From: Macrostomum lignano
Taxonomy: Eukaryota
Direction of reading: 5' to 3'
Length of the DNA stretch: 64,000 nt
NCBI GenBank assembly: GCA_002269645.1
Contig: NIVC01000153.1
Location: forward strand, 62,001 to 126,000
Shown here: piece by piece, positions 25,545-38,569 of the stretch
Numbering within the stretch: position 1 is the stretch's first letter
Layout of the letters: each line of letters begins with the position of its first letter
Translations under genes and position numbers: made by a program
The notes under the pieces: model-generated
Databases searched by the model: none
The model's input: the letters and a program-made list of their open reading frames with translations, nothing else
Told to the model about the DNA's origin: nothing

Positions 25545-26360
25545 AGGGAAACAGATAAGGAGAAGAGGGAAACAGATAAGGAGAAGATGGAGACAGATAA
25601 GGAGAAGAGGGAGACAGATAAGAAGAAGAGGGAGACAGATAAGAAGAAGAAGGAGACAAAGGCAGAGAAAAGGAGACAAAGGCAGAGAGAAGGAGACAAA
25701 GGCAGAGAGAAGGAGACAAAGGCAGAGAGAAGGAGACAAAGGCAGAGAGAAGGAGACAAAGGCAGAGAGAAGGAGACAAAGGCAAAGAGGAGACAAAGGC
25801 AGAGAGAATGAGACAAAGGCAGAGAGAATGAGACAAAGGCAGAGAGGAGACAAAGGCAGAGAGAATGAGACAAAGGCAGAGAGAAGGAGACAAAGGCAGA
25901 GAGGAGACAAAGGCAGAGAGAAGGAGACAAAGGCAAAGAGGAGACAAAGGCAGAGAGAAGACAAAGGCAAAGAGGAGACAAAGGCAGGGAGAATGAGACA
26001 AAGGCAGAGAGAAGGAGACAAAGGCAGAGAGAAGGAGACAAAGGCAGAGAGAAGGAGACAAAGGCAGAGAGAAGGAGACAAAGGCAAAGAGGAGACAAAG
26101 GCAGAGAGAATGAGACAAAGGCAGAGAGAAGGAGACAAAGGCAGAGAGAAGGAGACAAAGGCAGAGAGAAGGAGACAAAGGCAGAGAGAAGGAGACAAAG
26201 GCAGAGAGGAGACAAAGGCAGAGAGAAGGAGACAAAGGCAGAGAGAAGGAGACAAAGGCAGAGAGGTGACAAAGGCAGAGAGAAGGAGACAAAGGCAGAG
26301 AGAAGGAGACAAAGGCAGAGAGAATGAGACAAAGGCAGAGAGGAGACAAAGGCAGAGAGG
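25545..26360. repeat. Minisatellite, about 20-bp GGAGACAAAGGCAGAGAGAA
   Basis: Purine-rich tandem copies; explains five overlapping ORFs. Confidence 0.95.
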
Positions 26361-26860
26361 AGGATGGAGGAACACGATAGCAAAATGGCCTGAAAAAGAG
26401 GTTTAGATCGAAGCAGATAGATGCAGTAAAGGCAAAAATATTAATTGCAGTGCAAAATGAGAGCAAACGTGGGCTGAAAAACATACGATAAGAAAGCAAG
26501 CTTAAGGTTTGGTTACGCGGGATTGCAAAAGTTTACGCTATTGCTCTGGGGGCTCAAGCAAACAGACGAGCGGCGTATTTTGAAAGGAATTATTTCTGCT
26601 TTTTTTGCAAAGCCAATGCAAACAATGCGGCGCCAGTGAGCTGGGGGTCCAGTCCGTCGGGTCCGTTACGACAGCACGGACAGCTGGAGCAGACGGAGGC
26701 TACACTCGCATATTGTGCAAATTTAACAGAGGAAGAAAATTCCACAGTCCAAGAACTATTTAAGTATCGTTTCTTATTCAGTAGTCCTTGAGACAAACTC
26801 GGTCGAGAAAGCATAAAGCGCGCCAGCACTGTACGCAAGCACGCACTCAAACACACGCGG

Positions 26861-27240
26861 GGGGCCGTAGCCCAGCGGTAGCGCAGCTGCTCTGGTGTGC
26901 CAGCGACCCAGGCTCGATTCCAAGTTCAGTCACATTAATTTGGGGATGAATTGGAATCTCGGCTTGGCTCTGCTTGTGCAATTAACGGCCTTGAGAGCCA
27001 ACCCCCCCCCCCCAAGGCGCAGTGAAGTGTACATGCCTAACGATAAAATAAAGTTAGGGCCGCTGTACACTCCTGTGTGAGTGTGTGCCTGCGTACGTAT
27101 CCGCGCGCTTGTGTGCCTGCTCAGGGGAGTCGGCGGAATGGGCAGCAATGCCTCTCGCCGGTTGTGTGCCTATGTCGCTTAAAGTGCGCCAGGGTGCACA
27201 CACCCCCTGCCTCTAATAAACATACACACGCTCACACAGG
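26861..27240 (+). mobile_element. tRNA-derived SINE, family A, copy 2
   Basis: GGGGCCGTAGCCCAGCGGTAG (A box) ... GGCTCGATTCC (B box), conserved central hairpin and CA-rich tail; body homologous to 17133-17470. Confidence 0.72.
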
Positions 27241-27347
27241 GTGTATAGCGGCCCTGACACCCCGTGTATCGTGAGTGTATCGCCCGAATCTGCTTTAGCT
27301 CTTCACGGGCTTAAAAAAGAAACATTTTGAATTGTTCGATACTTTAG

Positions 27348-27599
27348 TTAGGACGGCTTCTCGTTAGACTGGATAGCGTCCAAAATCTGATGTATAGTCT
27401 TTGTCTGCATAGTCAGCAGGCTCTTCATCACTTCTCTGTACTCGCTGACTGTGATGCTGCCCTCCTTCACCTGGCTGAGAAATTGGCGCTGCTTAGCAAC
27501 CATTTTGTCCATGCTTTCCACCATGGCGCTGTGGACCTCGATTAGCGCGCTGCGGGTGGTTTTTGGCAGTTTTTTTAGTTAGTTAGTTAGTTAGTTAGC

Positions 27600-27633
<34 letters not shown>

Positions 27634-27638
27634 TTTAC

Positions 27639-27677
<39 letters not shown>

Positions 27678-27682
27678 TTTAC

Positions 27683-27737
<55 letters not shown>

Positions 27738-27742
27738 TTTAC

Positions 27743-27815
<73 letters not shown>

Positions 27816-27816
27816 C

Positions 27817-27911
<95 letters not shown>

Positions 27912-30900
27912 CAGTTATTCAGTTAGTCAGCCAGCTAAGGCAGCTAAAATCATAGAACACCGACAACCGCGGCATGTCAGCGGTAGCAAGCTCACTTGTC
28001 GCCAATCCTTCCTGAGCCCCAAGCTTCTCCGTGTCCGTTTCTGTCACCGCCGCCATCAGAAGTCGCCGCAGTCATCGCCGCCACCGCTGTTGCTGCCGCT
28101 ACGGCTCGATGCTGCCGCTGATGATGCTGCTGCTGCCTCTGCGAATGAGAGGACGAGCCGCTGCGGTGGTGCTTCTTGTAGCGACTGTGGTAATCGCCCT
28201 CGTAGGTCTTGATCTCGTCGTTTGGATTGAAGGACACCGCCTTTGGCGGGCTGCTACCTCCGGCGCCGAGAATTTTCGACGGACTGCCCTCGCGTCTGGC
28301 GGCTGCCGCAGCCGCAGCCGCTGACGAGGTGTACTCGATTTTTCTAGCGCTGGGATGACGGATCTGGGGCGCCGTGCGAGACTGGGCGTCCTGGAGGTCG
28401 TGGGGTCAGAAGGAACGTTACTTTGTGAATTCATCAAAGGAAACTCGAGGTTTCGGATCAAGGATCAGGTTGAGTTTTCAGTAGCTTATCTCGGGTTTTG
28501 GAAGGTTAGGGGGCGGATCAAGGATTCTGGAAGGTTTCGGGTAGCAGATCAAGGATTCTGGAAGGTTTCGGATAGCGGATCAAGGATTCTGGAAGGTTTC
28601 GGATGGCGGATCAAGGATTCTGGAAGGTTTCGGATGGCGGATCAAGGATTCTGGAAGGTTTCGGATGGCGGATCAAGGATTCTGGAAGGTTTCGGATAGC
28701 GGATCAAGGATTCTGGAAGGTTTCGGATAGCGGATCAAGGATTCTGGAAGGTTTCGGATGGCGGATCAAGGATTCTGGAAGGTTTCGGATAGCGGATCAA
28801 GGATTCTGGAAGGTTTCGGATGGCGGATCAATAATTCAGGAAGGTTTCAGGTAGCAGATGAAAATTTATAGAAATGGAAGCCTGGAAACACTGAGTTTTG
28901 GCAGCAGCCCTCCTATTTTCCTTATACAGAACAAACAACTCATCACAGCATTGGTTAGCTCGGAAGCTTAAAAAATCTTAATCTCGCAGTTCCCACCTGC
29001 ATTAGAAACTCCAAGCTGCTGGAATGATTGTGGCTGCCGGCGGCTTGAGCAGCCACCTCACCATCCGACTGCTGTTCCTCGCCTGGCGACTCCCTGTCCG
29101 TGTCGTTCGCCTCAGCCGGCGAGTCGTCCGTAGCCGCCGGCAAGAGCGCCGCGGCCACAACGGCGGCACCCCGACCGCTGCTAGTCGGGCTCTCCAGCCG
29201 CCTGCTGTTGGCGCCGCGAGCCATTCCGCTGGGCGGCTTGCTCTTCGCCGCTGCCACCTCGGAGCCGTCGTCCGAGTCGACAGCTGGCGTCGGAGTCGGC
29301 GGCTTCCGACTGCCGCTGATGCCTCCGCTGCCGCCCGTCTTAGCCTGCTCGAGGCTCTCCTGAGACCGGTCGCGTTTCTTCTGCACCAGCGAGGCCAGGC
29401 TGTTCAAATCGGCTGCCGCCGCATTCTGATTGGTGAGATTCTCGCTGCTGCTGGCCTTGTTGAGCAGCTTCTTGTCGGGCAGCACCTTCACTACGGAGCC
29501 GCCGCGAAGACTGCCGGCTCTGTTGCGGCTCATCTGCACCGGCTGCTGCTTGCTGGCCGCCTCCTGAGCCGCCTTCTTGGGACTCGACGAGCGAGAGCCG
29601 CCAGCAGCTGCGGCGGCCGGCGTCCTTGGCGTCAGCGCCGCATGACGCAGATCGAAGTTGAACGCCTCCTCGCCGGACGGCGGTGGAAACGACTTCGGCG
29701 AATCCTCCGACGGCGCTGGCGACACCGAGGTGACCCCGGCGACCCTGGCGATGCCGACAGAGGCGCCGCCGCCGACCATTGACGAATTGAACCGCTGCAT
29801 GAGGTTCTCCTTCAGACTGCGAGTTCGACGCACCGGGCTGGTGACGCCTGGTGGCGGAGTTTGCGACTGCTGCTGCGGCTGCTGCTGCTGTTGATGCGGC
29901 TGCTGCTGAGTATTAATGGGCCCAGAACTGGACTTGCCTCTCCGGTCTTCCATGCTCGGCAGCGGCAGGAAGGCCGACGATTGCTGCTGACGGTCGAGCT
30001 CCAGGCTGCGCCTGAGGCTGTTCGAGTCTATCGAGCCGCTGCTGCCCGCGTCGATGCCAACGGCGGTGTCGCCGCTGGTCCGACGGCGCTGCGGCTTCGG
30101 TGACGACTCGCTGGCGCTCGGCTGCGGAGCTCCGACCGCTGCGGCCGCTGGCGACGCGGAGCGAACGCTGAAGGCGGACGTGTCGAAGCCCTGCGACTGG
30201 TTGACCGTGATCCCACTGCCGCTAGAAGTCGGTTGCTGGCCGGAGCCGCGGCGCATCTACAGGTGAGGCAAACCGGTAAGGAAAGCGGGTTGGGAAGGCC
30301 GCCGGTCTGCTGTAGAAAAGTGCTTTCAGAGTTCGCTGGTTCGGTTCGCTGCGCTATGATTCGGCTGCCTTGCTATTGACTTTGGGCGAAGAAAATTCAG
30401 GCTTTGCTTTTAGCTTTGGAACAGAAATTTCAAAGGCTACGAGGGACTGACGGAAGGCATAGGGGAGAGTAGTATGGGGGAGGCAGAGCGGAACTTCATG
30501 CTCAGGTAAGGTGTACACAATAAGATAGGAAGAATCCTATAAGCTACGTAGCCTGTACAATAATCTTGTTTGAGTACACCCGCGAAGGAAGCGAGTCTAC
30601 CATTGGCTGCTGCAGTGTCACGGGCCTGTCCGTTGCCTTCTTGCTTTTCTCTGCCCTTGCTTTCTATTTTGGAGACCTCTCCAGCCTGGCAGATGCGACG
30701 CTGCTCTCAGGATGACTCACTCGGCGCTCGCTAGTCCAGTGTCGACGTCTCGTCTACCCTCCCCTCATGCTCACTCTATACCTGAGGCCCTAGTTGAAGT
30801 AAAATGCAAAGAACACTGTGTTTATCCCGGCTCTGCTTTGACAACCAGCGGTTTGGAAAGAGAGAGCTGGGGATAGGCTGATTGGGAAGCTGGGGGCGAT

Positions 30901-32040
30901 GCAGACTGACTCAGTGAAGGGAATTGGGGATTAATGTAGCATATACGCGGCACAACAATTGGATAAGGACAAAACAGATATTTTCACTTGCCCTAGCGAT
31001 ATGAGTTTACGTGGATGCTAATTTAGGGTTGATTGAAGCGATTCTATGAGTATCAATTTTAGTTGCTCGGGTGAGTCATGTGAGCTAGAACACTAGGGCT
31101 GCAACTAAGATGTCATGGACGCTACAATTCAGGTACGGTGGACACTGCAATTGATGTGTCATGGAAACACTACAACTAAGGTGCCATTGACACTACAACT
31201 AAGGTGCCATTGACACTACAACTAAGGTGCCATTGACACTACAACTAAGGTGCCATTGACACTACAACTACGGCGCCATTGACACTACAACTAAGGTGCA
31301 CTACAACTAAGGTAAACTACGGAGGACGCTACAACTAAGGTACGGTGGACACTACAATTAAGGTACGGTGGACACTGCAATTGATGTGTCATGGACGCTA
31401 CAACTAAGGTGTCATGGACGCTAAAACTAAGGTGCCATGGACGCTACAACTAAGGTGTCATGGACGCTACAACTAAGGTGCCATGGACTACAACTAAGGT
31501 GCCATGGACGCTACAACTAAGGTGTCATGGACGCTACAACTAAGGTGTCATGGACGCTACAACTAAGGTGTCATGGACTACAACTAAGGTGCCATGGACG
31601 CTACAACTAAGGTGCCATGGAGGCTATACAACTGGGTACGGTGGATGCTACAGTTGGTGTCACCAGACGTCAGAATCGCGGCCAGAATTGGTTCTACGAG
31701 CTAGGGTCGGCCGCTTTGCTTGCTGCAACGCATGCTCTAACAGTTTAATTCTCACTCTGCTCAAACTAGACTTAAGCTCAGATCGATTAAGCCAGACAGC
31801 ACACAAAACTCACCAGCCAATAGAAGTCAGCCTCGTCCGATTGCCAGTCCAGCCTCCTCTGTTGTTGAGCGTCCTGAAATTCCAGGTCAACGCACCGTGG
31901 CGGAGCGATTTGTGCCGTCTCGACGGACTCGTCTCCTCCCCACTCCGCCGCCGTCGATCGCGCCGTCTCCGAGTGGTCCAGCGGAAACCTTGGGGACAGG
32001 AGGTGTCTCACCGATCCGCTCCGTTCCCAGAGCTGGGGCC
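27348..32040 (-). CDS. Uncharacterised Ser/Ala/Gln-rich protein with a C-terminal helical segment resembling kinesin-13 tails; 5' end uncertain
   Basis: Phase-consistent exons: (about 32040 or 31988)-31814, 30256-28997, 28390-27996, 27549-27348 (ALIEVHSAMVESMDKMVAKQRQFLSQVKEGSITVSEYREVMKSLLTMQTKTIHQILDAIQSNEKPS*), with canonical AG/GT sites. A further exon is possible near 32270-32145. Confidence 0.7.
27577..27930. repeat. (TTAG)n microsatellite in the last intron of the minus-strand gene
   Basis: Read directly. Confidence 0.97.
28490..28850. repeat. Intronic minisatellite, 31-bp CGGATCAAGGATTCTGGAAGGTTTCGGATGG
   Basis: Tandem copies. Confidence 0.92.
31100..31650. repeat. Intronic minisatellite, about 23-bp GACGCTACAACTAAGGTGTCATG
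   Basis: Degenerate tandem copies. Confidence 0.88.
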
Positions 32041-33524
32041 TGGACTATATGGACTAGAACTGTCAAAGCGTCTTCAAATCTGTACGAGTATGCAGGGTTT
32101 AGACAAGCGGCGAGAGAATCCAGCCAGCAATTCCTTATTATTTACTTTCCTAACACTGGCGGGGACACTGGACGCGAAGGGGCGTGGCGTCTGGGCCAAA
32201 CTAATAGCGCCACTTCGTCCTGTTTTTTTTTCCGTTTCTCTCCTCGATCTTCGTCAGCTCTTGGACACGGGGCCTGTAGGAACAGGCACATGTGCGGTAT
32301 ACTGCTAATACTACTCGCGTCTCACTCTAATATGGCCAGTGGAGTTGAGGGTGAGAAACCATGCAGAGAGAGAAAAGGAAGAGCGCAAGAAGACTATATC
32401 GCGCCTTGAAGCGCCAAGACAACCGAGACAAAATAGAAAATTGGCCACACTGGGTTGGAGCGTACACCTGGCTACATTGCCTTTCTACCTAGCAGCTCGG
32501 TGAGCCAAATAATACATACATGTGTATAGCTATATTTTGCTTTTCGTCCTCACCTTTGCATACCTGCGGGCGCCCCTTTCTTTCTTTTCTTTCCACGCCT
32601 CACTACTCGAACCATTGCACCATTTTATTGTGTGCTCAACCACACAGATTTTTCCTGGCTGCTCTGCATTTAGTTTTCCTAGTAGATTTGTGCGTTCTAT
32701 TGTACATATAGATTTTTCTATTGTGAAAACAAAATTTTGCGCAATTAATTAAAGCGAATACACTTTTGGAAGATTGGCATAATTTATGGTAACTGCCAAC
32801 TGTCACTTACGTAGACTTACGCAACCAATTGCGAGCATCTATTTTAAGCCGATCGTAATTTAGCTAAATATAAATTTAAGTAACATAAGTAATAGTAGGT
32901 AATAATTAAAATATCGCGAGTAAGTTTTGCCGTGATTAATTTCAACGCACCTAGCCAAATGAAATAACCAGTCAGTTATTTTAACCAGGATGCGTCATAA
33001 TCCCCTATACTAAAATAAGTACTGTAAATAGACAGCCGCATTCTAGAATATGTTTTGCATATTCTTGTATATCATGCACTGTTTAAAATTTATTTGTCGG
33101 GCTTCTCATCTTAAGATCAATCTTACGTGCTTCGTCCAACTGCCCTTTTCCGGTTTTAGAATTTTGTGGTCAAATTGGAGTAACATATTGATATTCTGGG
33201 GCCAACTTATATACTACGATGCTTTTTTGCCGGACCGATAATTCGGATAGATAATTGTTCACATAAATTCAATCGAGACTCTCTCACGACAAGTACAAAA
33301 TACAGTAAAGGCTTTCTTGAAAGTATTGAACAAGTTCCTTCATTCGTATTTATTTTCTTGCACAAAACAAAAACTTCTTAATCGTTGAGAAGAGCTATGT
33401 TATCTTAATATAGGAGTAATTGTTGGATTATTACGAGTCGATTTTAGCGCGAATTTGAGTTGACAGTGAAATACAGAAATTTCTTAGAAACGTTATACTT
33501 TCAAGCTTGCATGGTGTCGTGTCA

Positions 33525-34071
33525 GGTGCGCGGTCATTTCGTCTGCCGCCTTTTCGTCTGCCGGCAGACGAAACGACTTTTTAAAATAAGTAGCAAAATA
33601 ATTTAGTTTTATAAATGGCTGAAATTAATTTATAGTTTATTTTTAATACTTATAATTTACTAGTAATTTTCAGATTTTGAATTAGATGTAGTCTTTGCAT
33701 TTTTTATTTTGCTTATCGCAATGTTTCCAAGAAATACAATTATTCGTATATAAGCTTTAATTGAATCTACGTAGTGAGCTGTGAATGGGATTTATAATTT
33801 GTGCGCGTGTAACTTACTTATAATAAGTAAAATAATTCCAACTCGACTAATTGCTTTTGAGCTTTGAAGCTTTGAGACGGTTAAGAGATAGTATGGCGTC
33901 TGCCATATCATGACGAAAATGCATTGAATTCGTTCAATTGCGTAGTTAAATATATATAAACAAAAATATTCAGAAACTTTACTATTCGTTGGCAGACGAA
34001 ACGACTGTATCGTATTCTTGCAGACGAAAGGGTGGCAGACGAACTGGCGGCAGACGAAACGACCGTCAACC
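33525..34071. mobile_element. Non-autonomous DNA transposon (MITE) with TIRs and 8-bp target-site duplication
   Basis: Left end GGTGCGCGGTCATTTCGTCTGCCGCC versus right-end reverse complement GGTTGACGGTCGTTTCGTCTGCCGCC; TCGTGTCA at 33517-33524 and 34072-34079. Confidence 0.85.
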
Positions 34072-36361
34072 TCGTGTCATGACCCCCCCCCCGAAAGCCG
34101 AAAGCTTCTTTTTTAGTATTTTGTATATTAATACATATAATGTCGTATACTTACATTGATTTGCTTGGTACTAATAAAGCACACGTATTTTATACATTAT
34201 TTTACGTGCACTCTTACCATCAGAACTGTTTTGTACTAAACAGTTTGCTCTCTGCTATACTATGCTACCTATATGTGTAGGGCCTACCTATATGTGTACT
34301 TAAATTCACATATAGGGCCTACCTATATGTGTACTTGAATTCTATTCCGAATTATTATCACAGGCGCAAACAGTCAAGGAGACAAGTTCAAGGGCTGCCA
34401 AAGTGCCAAGCTGGTTAAATCTATCCAAATCTTAAATTTGCTCTGCAATACTTCAATACAAAAGCCTTTTTACTTGCAGATGAAATGCAAATATGTAGTA
34501 AAAATGCTACAAAAATAAATAAAAATAACTATTTTTAGGCAACTAAACATTTGAATGAATAGACATTTTGGCCAAGGGTAGGTAGACCTATAGAAATTTT
34601 TGATAGGGGTACATATTTGTTTGGTAATTTGCCCATTAAAAAATTCAGTAGCATAGCATTGATTAAACTGAATCTTTAGATAGAGCACTTATTAATTCCT
34701 TTTCTTAGTAATTTTCCCTTAACTATCAATATTACTTGCACTTTTTATTTTACAAAAACAATAAAAATATACATTGTTATCCAATCAAATATAACATAAT
34801 ATGATAATAGGCAATTTCCCTAGTTTTGTGTGTTTAATTATTTTCTATTTGAAATTGCGCGTTTATATGGCCCAAAAACAAATGGGCAATAGAACAAGTT
34901 AAAAACTGGTAATTAAATATTAATAAAATTTTGTAATGTCAATAGTTTGTTTCTTAAATGGGTATTAAAGGGTATTAAATGCTATAGTAGTGTTGCACCT
35001 AATACAGAAAGTTGCCAAATGTGTGGTTGCAGAACAGTTAGCATTTATGGTAGTCTCCTTATCAATGGTCAGTGCTACCATCTCTTACATAGTATACTCA
35101 AGGGTGCAGAGGTTGATTGGATTGCATAAGTCTATAGGCGGCACAATTGTTGTAGGCGCTAAAAGTCTTCTGGCCATGTTTTGAGTTTCAATATTTGTAG
35201 CTAATCCTTTCCCTTCGCCATTGCCTTCACTCTTATCACCCTTAGACCTTTATTCCATAGACTAGGCCTATAGACTACAAGGACTATAGAATATATGCCA
35301 CGTCACTTTAGCACAACTGTGCCACATAAACATGCAATTTCAAATAGAAAATAATTAAACATGCAAAACTAGGAAATTGCCAGATAATGTTATATTATAG
35401 GACATCTAAATATCTAAGTTAAATCTCTTAAATTATTTTATAATAACTCATTTGTTAAAATTCCTTTTATATAATAGCCCCATAATGCAAAACTTTAACC
35501 TATATATTTTTATAGATATTTAGCATTGTAGAAAAATTTGCCTCCACTGCCTATCAGTTGCAAAGGACATTAGAAAATTTTGAAAATGAGACAGATTATT
35601 CTAATAAAGATAAAAGTCAATTATATTTTATCTATATTTATATATCTATTGGATGCAAATTAGATCTATTAATTGCTAGAGACTAGAAAGCTAAAGAACT
35701 TGCTCATAAACTAATTTGCTTTATATTGTAATGCATTAGAAACTCATATATGGTCATATTTTATATTCATTTTTGTCATTTCTTCGAATTTTTATTTTAA
35801 ATTATAAATATAGCTTTTTGCAATTTTTCTGAGTAAAGTTTGGTATATGATAAATGCTTAGTACTATTTGTTATCTCCTACTTTTGAAAAAAACTCTTAT
35901 TTAAACAAATAGAAAATCAAGTTTGACACTGATGCAAACATAAGGATATTTGTCTAAATTGATTTTCTGTAAGCACTATACTACGCAAGGATTTCAGAAA
36001 ATCAATAATAAAGGCAAACTACCTTTCATATTAAATAGAACCTTTTCAATTCAGTCAGAGCCAAAGTTTCTATGGCCTGTTGGGAATGTTGGACCTTCAG
36101 CTTCCTCATCTTTTGCTGTCCATTCTTAGCCTTCCTCTCTAAGGAGTTCATTTTGCACTTCTTCCTTTGTGTTTTCACTCCTGGCCTCAGCTATCATGCT
36201 TGATTTCAAAAGATTCTTTTTTTGTCTTTTTTGCTATTTTTGTTTTGCATTTGAAAGGTCTTGGCATAGGGTTTTCTATTTGAGTAAATCAGTTAGGAAC
36301 ATGCAGGTTTGTCCATATAGACACTTTTGCTCTGGACTTATGCTTGCACTTAGCAGCATAT

Positions 36362-36650
36362 GGGGTTGTAGCCCAGTGGTTAGAGCATCAGACTCACAAC
36401 TTGAAGGTTGGAGGTTCGATTCCCAATCTCATTCGAAACAGTTTGTGTCCTTGAGCAAGACAATTAACTCTGCATTGCTTCAGTTCACCCAGCTATAAAA
36501 CAGGTGCCAGCATTAGCTGGGGTAATTGAGGGTGTGTGGCGACCCCCAGTCCTTGGACTGAACAGCCGTACGCAGCCTTTAATGCGCCACTCAATAGTAG
36601 CAGTTGAGCTTTCGGTTGCACATCTGGCATAGTGCTTACAGAAAATCAAT
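36362..36650 (+). mobile_element. tRNA-derived SINE with CORE-like central domain, family B, copy 1
   Basis: TAGCCCAGTGGTTAGAGC / GGTTCGATTCC boxes, then TGTCCTTGAGCAAGACAATTAACTCTGCATTGCTTCAGTTCACCCAGCT; long near-identity to 53432-53700. Confidence 0.85.
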
Positions 36651-36837
36651 TAAGACAAGCACCATTACGCTTGCATGAGTGTCTGAATTGATGTTCCGCT
36701 TGTCTGAATAAATAGGGAATTGATTCGAAATAAGAGTTAAAAGGCTAGGATACAATGCCTATAACTGGCTGCAATAACGAGCTTCAATTTCAATTTCAAT
36801 GTCAAATGCATGCGCAGCCAATCCTAAAATCAATGAA

Positions 36838-37401
36838 ATGTCTCGAACTAGCGTGAAAATAGCGCCAGGCGCTGTCGTCTGCAGCGAGTGCGAACTGCGA
36901 GGCGACATCACGATTGGCCAGCGAACTGTTATCCATCCGAAGGCGCGAATCCTAGCCGAGGCTGGGCCAATCATCATTGGCGATGGAAATTTAATTGAAG
37001 AGGTTGCCGTCATTCATAATAGGCCAGACGAGAGCAATCCAAACGAGAAGGTGATGATAATTGGATCGCAGAACATATTCGAGGTTGGCTCCCGTTGCGA
37101 GGCGGTCAAAGTTGGCGATTTCAACGTACTCGAGGCGCGCAGTTTTGTATCACGTGACACTGTTGTTAGCAATGGCTGTACTATTGGCGCAATGTGCAGC
37201 GTCACTGGCCGCGAGGTCCTGCCAGACAACTGCGTGGTCTACGGAGCCGCCAGTCATCGGAAAGTGGTCAGCGAGAAGCCGCCAGCTCAGACTCTGCAAT
37301 TGGACTTTTTGGCTAAGATTTTGCCCAACTTTCATCATATTAAAAAGGCTGGCGCGAGTTCTGCCGCAGCGGCCGCCGCTAAACAGCATAGGCCGTCTTA
37401 A
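36838..37401 (+). CDS. DCTN6: Dynactin subunit 6 (p27), single exon
   Basis: [50 protein letters not shown]...[12 protein letters not shown]...[20 protein letters not shown]. An in-frame upstream ATG at 36799 is an alternative start. Confidence 0.95.
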   Translation: MSRTSVKIAPGAVVCSECELRGDITIGQRTVIHPKARILAEAGPIIIGDGNLIEEVAVIHNRPDESNPNEKVMIIGSQNIFEVGSRCEAVKVGDFNVLEARSFVSRDTVVSNGCTIGAMCSVTGREVLPDNCVVYGAASHRKVVSEKPPAQTLQLDFLAKILPNFHHIKKAGASSAAAAAAKQHRPS

Positions 37402-37464
37402 TCGCTTGAGATTGCAATATTGTAGCTCGTAAACTTATTTTATTAACGCTTGAGTTGTACTTGT

Positions 37465-37900
37465 ATTAGTAACCTGGATTAGTGACCTGGATTAGTAACT
37501 TAAATTAGTAACTTGGATTAGTAACCTGGATTAGTAACCTGGGTTAGTAACTTGGATTAGTAACCTGGATTAGTAACTTGGATTAGTAACTTAAATTAGT
37601 AACTTAAATTAGTAACTTGGATTAGTAACTTGGATTAGTAACTTGGATTAGTAAACTGGATTAGTAACTTGGATTAGTAACTTGGACTAGTAACTTGAAT
37701 TAGTAACTTAAATTAGTAACCTGGATTAGTAACTTAAATTAGTAACTTAAATTAGTAACTTGGATTAGTAACTTGGATTAGTAACTTGGATTAGTAAGTT
37801 GGATTAGTAAGCTGGATTGGTAACTTGGATTAGTAACCTAAATTAGTACCTTAAATTAGTAACTTAAATTAGTAACTTGGATTAGTAAGTTGGATTAATG
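37465..37900. repeat. Minisatellite, 13-bp TTAGTAACTTGGA
   Basis: Tandem copies downstream of DCTN6. Confidence 0.92.
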
Positions 37901-38569
37901 CCTGCAAAGACACCTGACTTAGTACTCTAATGTAGTTTTTAGTCATTAGGTTTTTTTAAAATTCAACTTAGTGAATAAAATCCATCGCAAGTGGAAATTA
38001 ATAATTACCGGTTGCAGATTGAAGGAAGTCTTATGTTTCTGTGAACAACTTAACTAGTATGGATATTATGTTAACACCAATTCGGTTGCTTTTTTTAATG
38101 CTTTGTGGTGACAGCTCTACTAATTTCATTGTTCATTAGATTCCTTGGTGTAATTTTCTAAACTGATTCGCTTACCGTCTTAGTTCTGATAATTTTGTTA
38201 TGCTATAAGTCTATTATAATTAATAAAGCTTATTAACAATATACCTGCACCTGGTGTCTGCTTATCTATCCTTGTGTATATACTATTGATCACAAAGCAT
38301 TATATTGAACTTTGTTTAGTAATAAAATATTACAGAAATATATGTGTAATAAGCCTTACACTCAGAGCAAGCTGTTATTGCTCATTTTAGTATTGGTAAT
38401 CTCCAGTACAAAATACATTTCAAATAATTGTGTTGGCTTAATTGCGTTTACCATATTGACAGGCACCGCCGTGGAAGTGTGTTTTTTGCAAGGGAAAGAG
38501 GGCAAGGGTTTCACTGGCTATAATGTTTATTGCCTTAAAGCACTGCAGGCGAGATATTGGTGTCTTTTT

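Noticed and set aside
25200-26499. Long Leu/Ser or Arg/Glu ORFs
   Set aside because: Translations of the 20-bp purine-rich minisatellite.
26861-26935. tRNA genes here and at 17133, 36362 and 53432
   Set aside because: A and B boxes are present but no proper cloverleaf or acceptor stem forms, and each continues into a shared SINE body.
27577-27930. Interstitial telomere
   Set aside because: The unit is TTAG, not TTAGGG or TTAGG; an ordinary intronic microsatellite.
30420-30780. Third mirror-sequence segment (complement gives an acceptor plus IFDASDMLLEQTHVG...)
   Set aside because: Dinucleotide skew is mixed, TG/CA is normal in 30600-30720, and the ordinary minus strand reads equally plausibly.
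31989-32011. 23-nt micro-intron GTGAGA...CCCCAAG on the minus strand
   Set aside because: An upstream acceptor near 32040 keeps the frame open without it; cannot be decided without RNA data.
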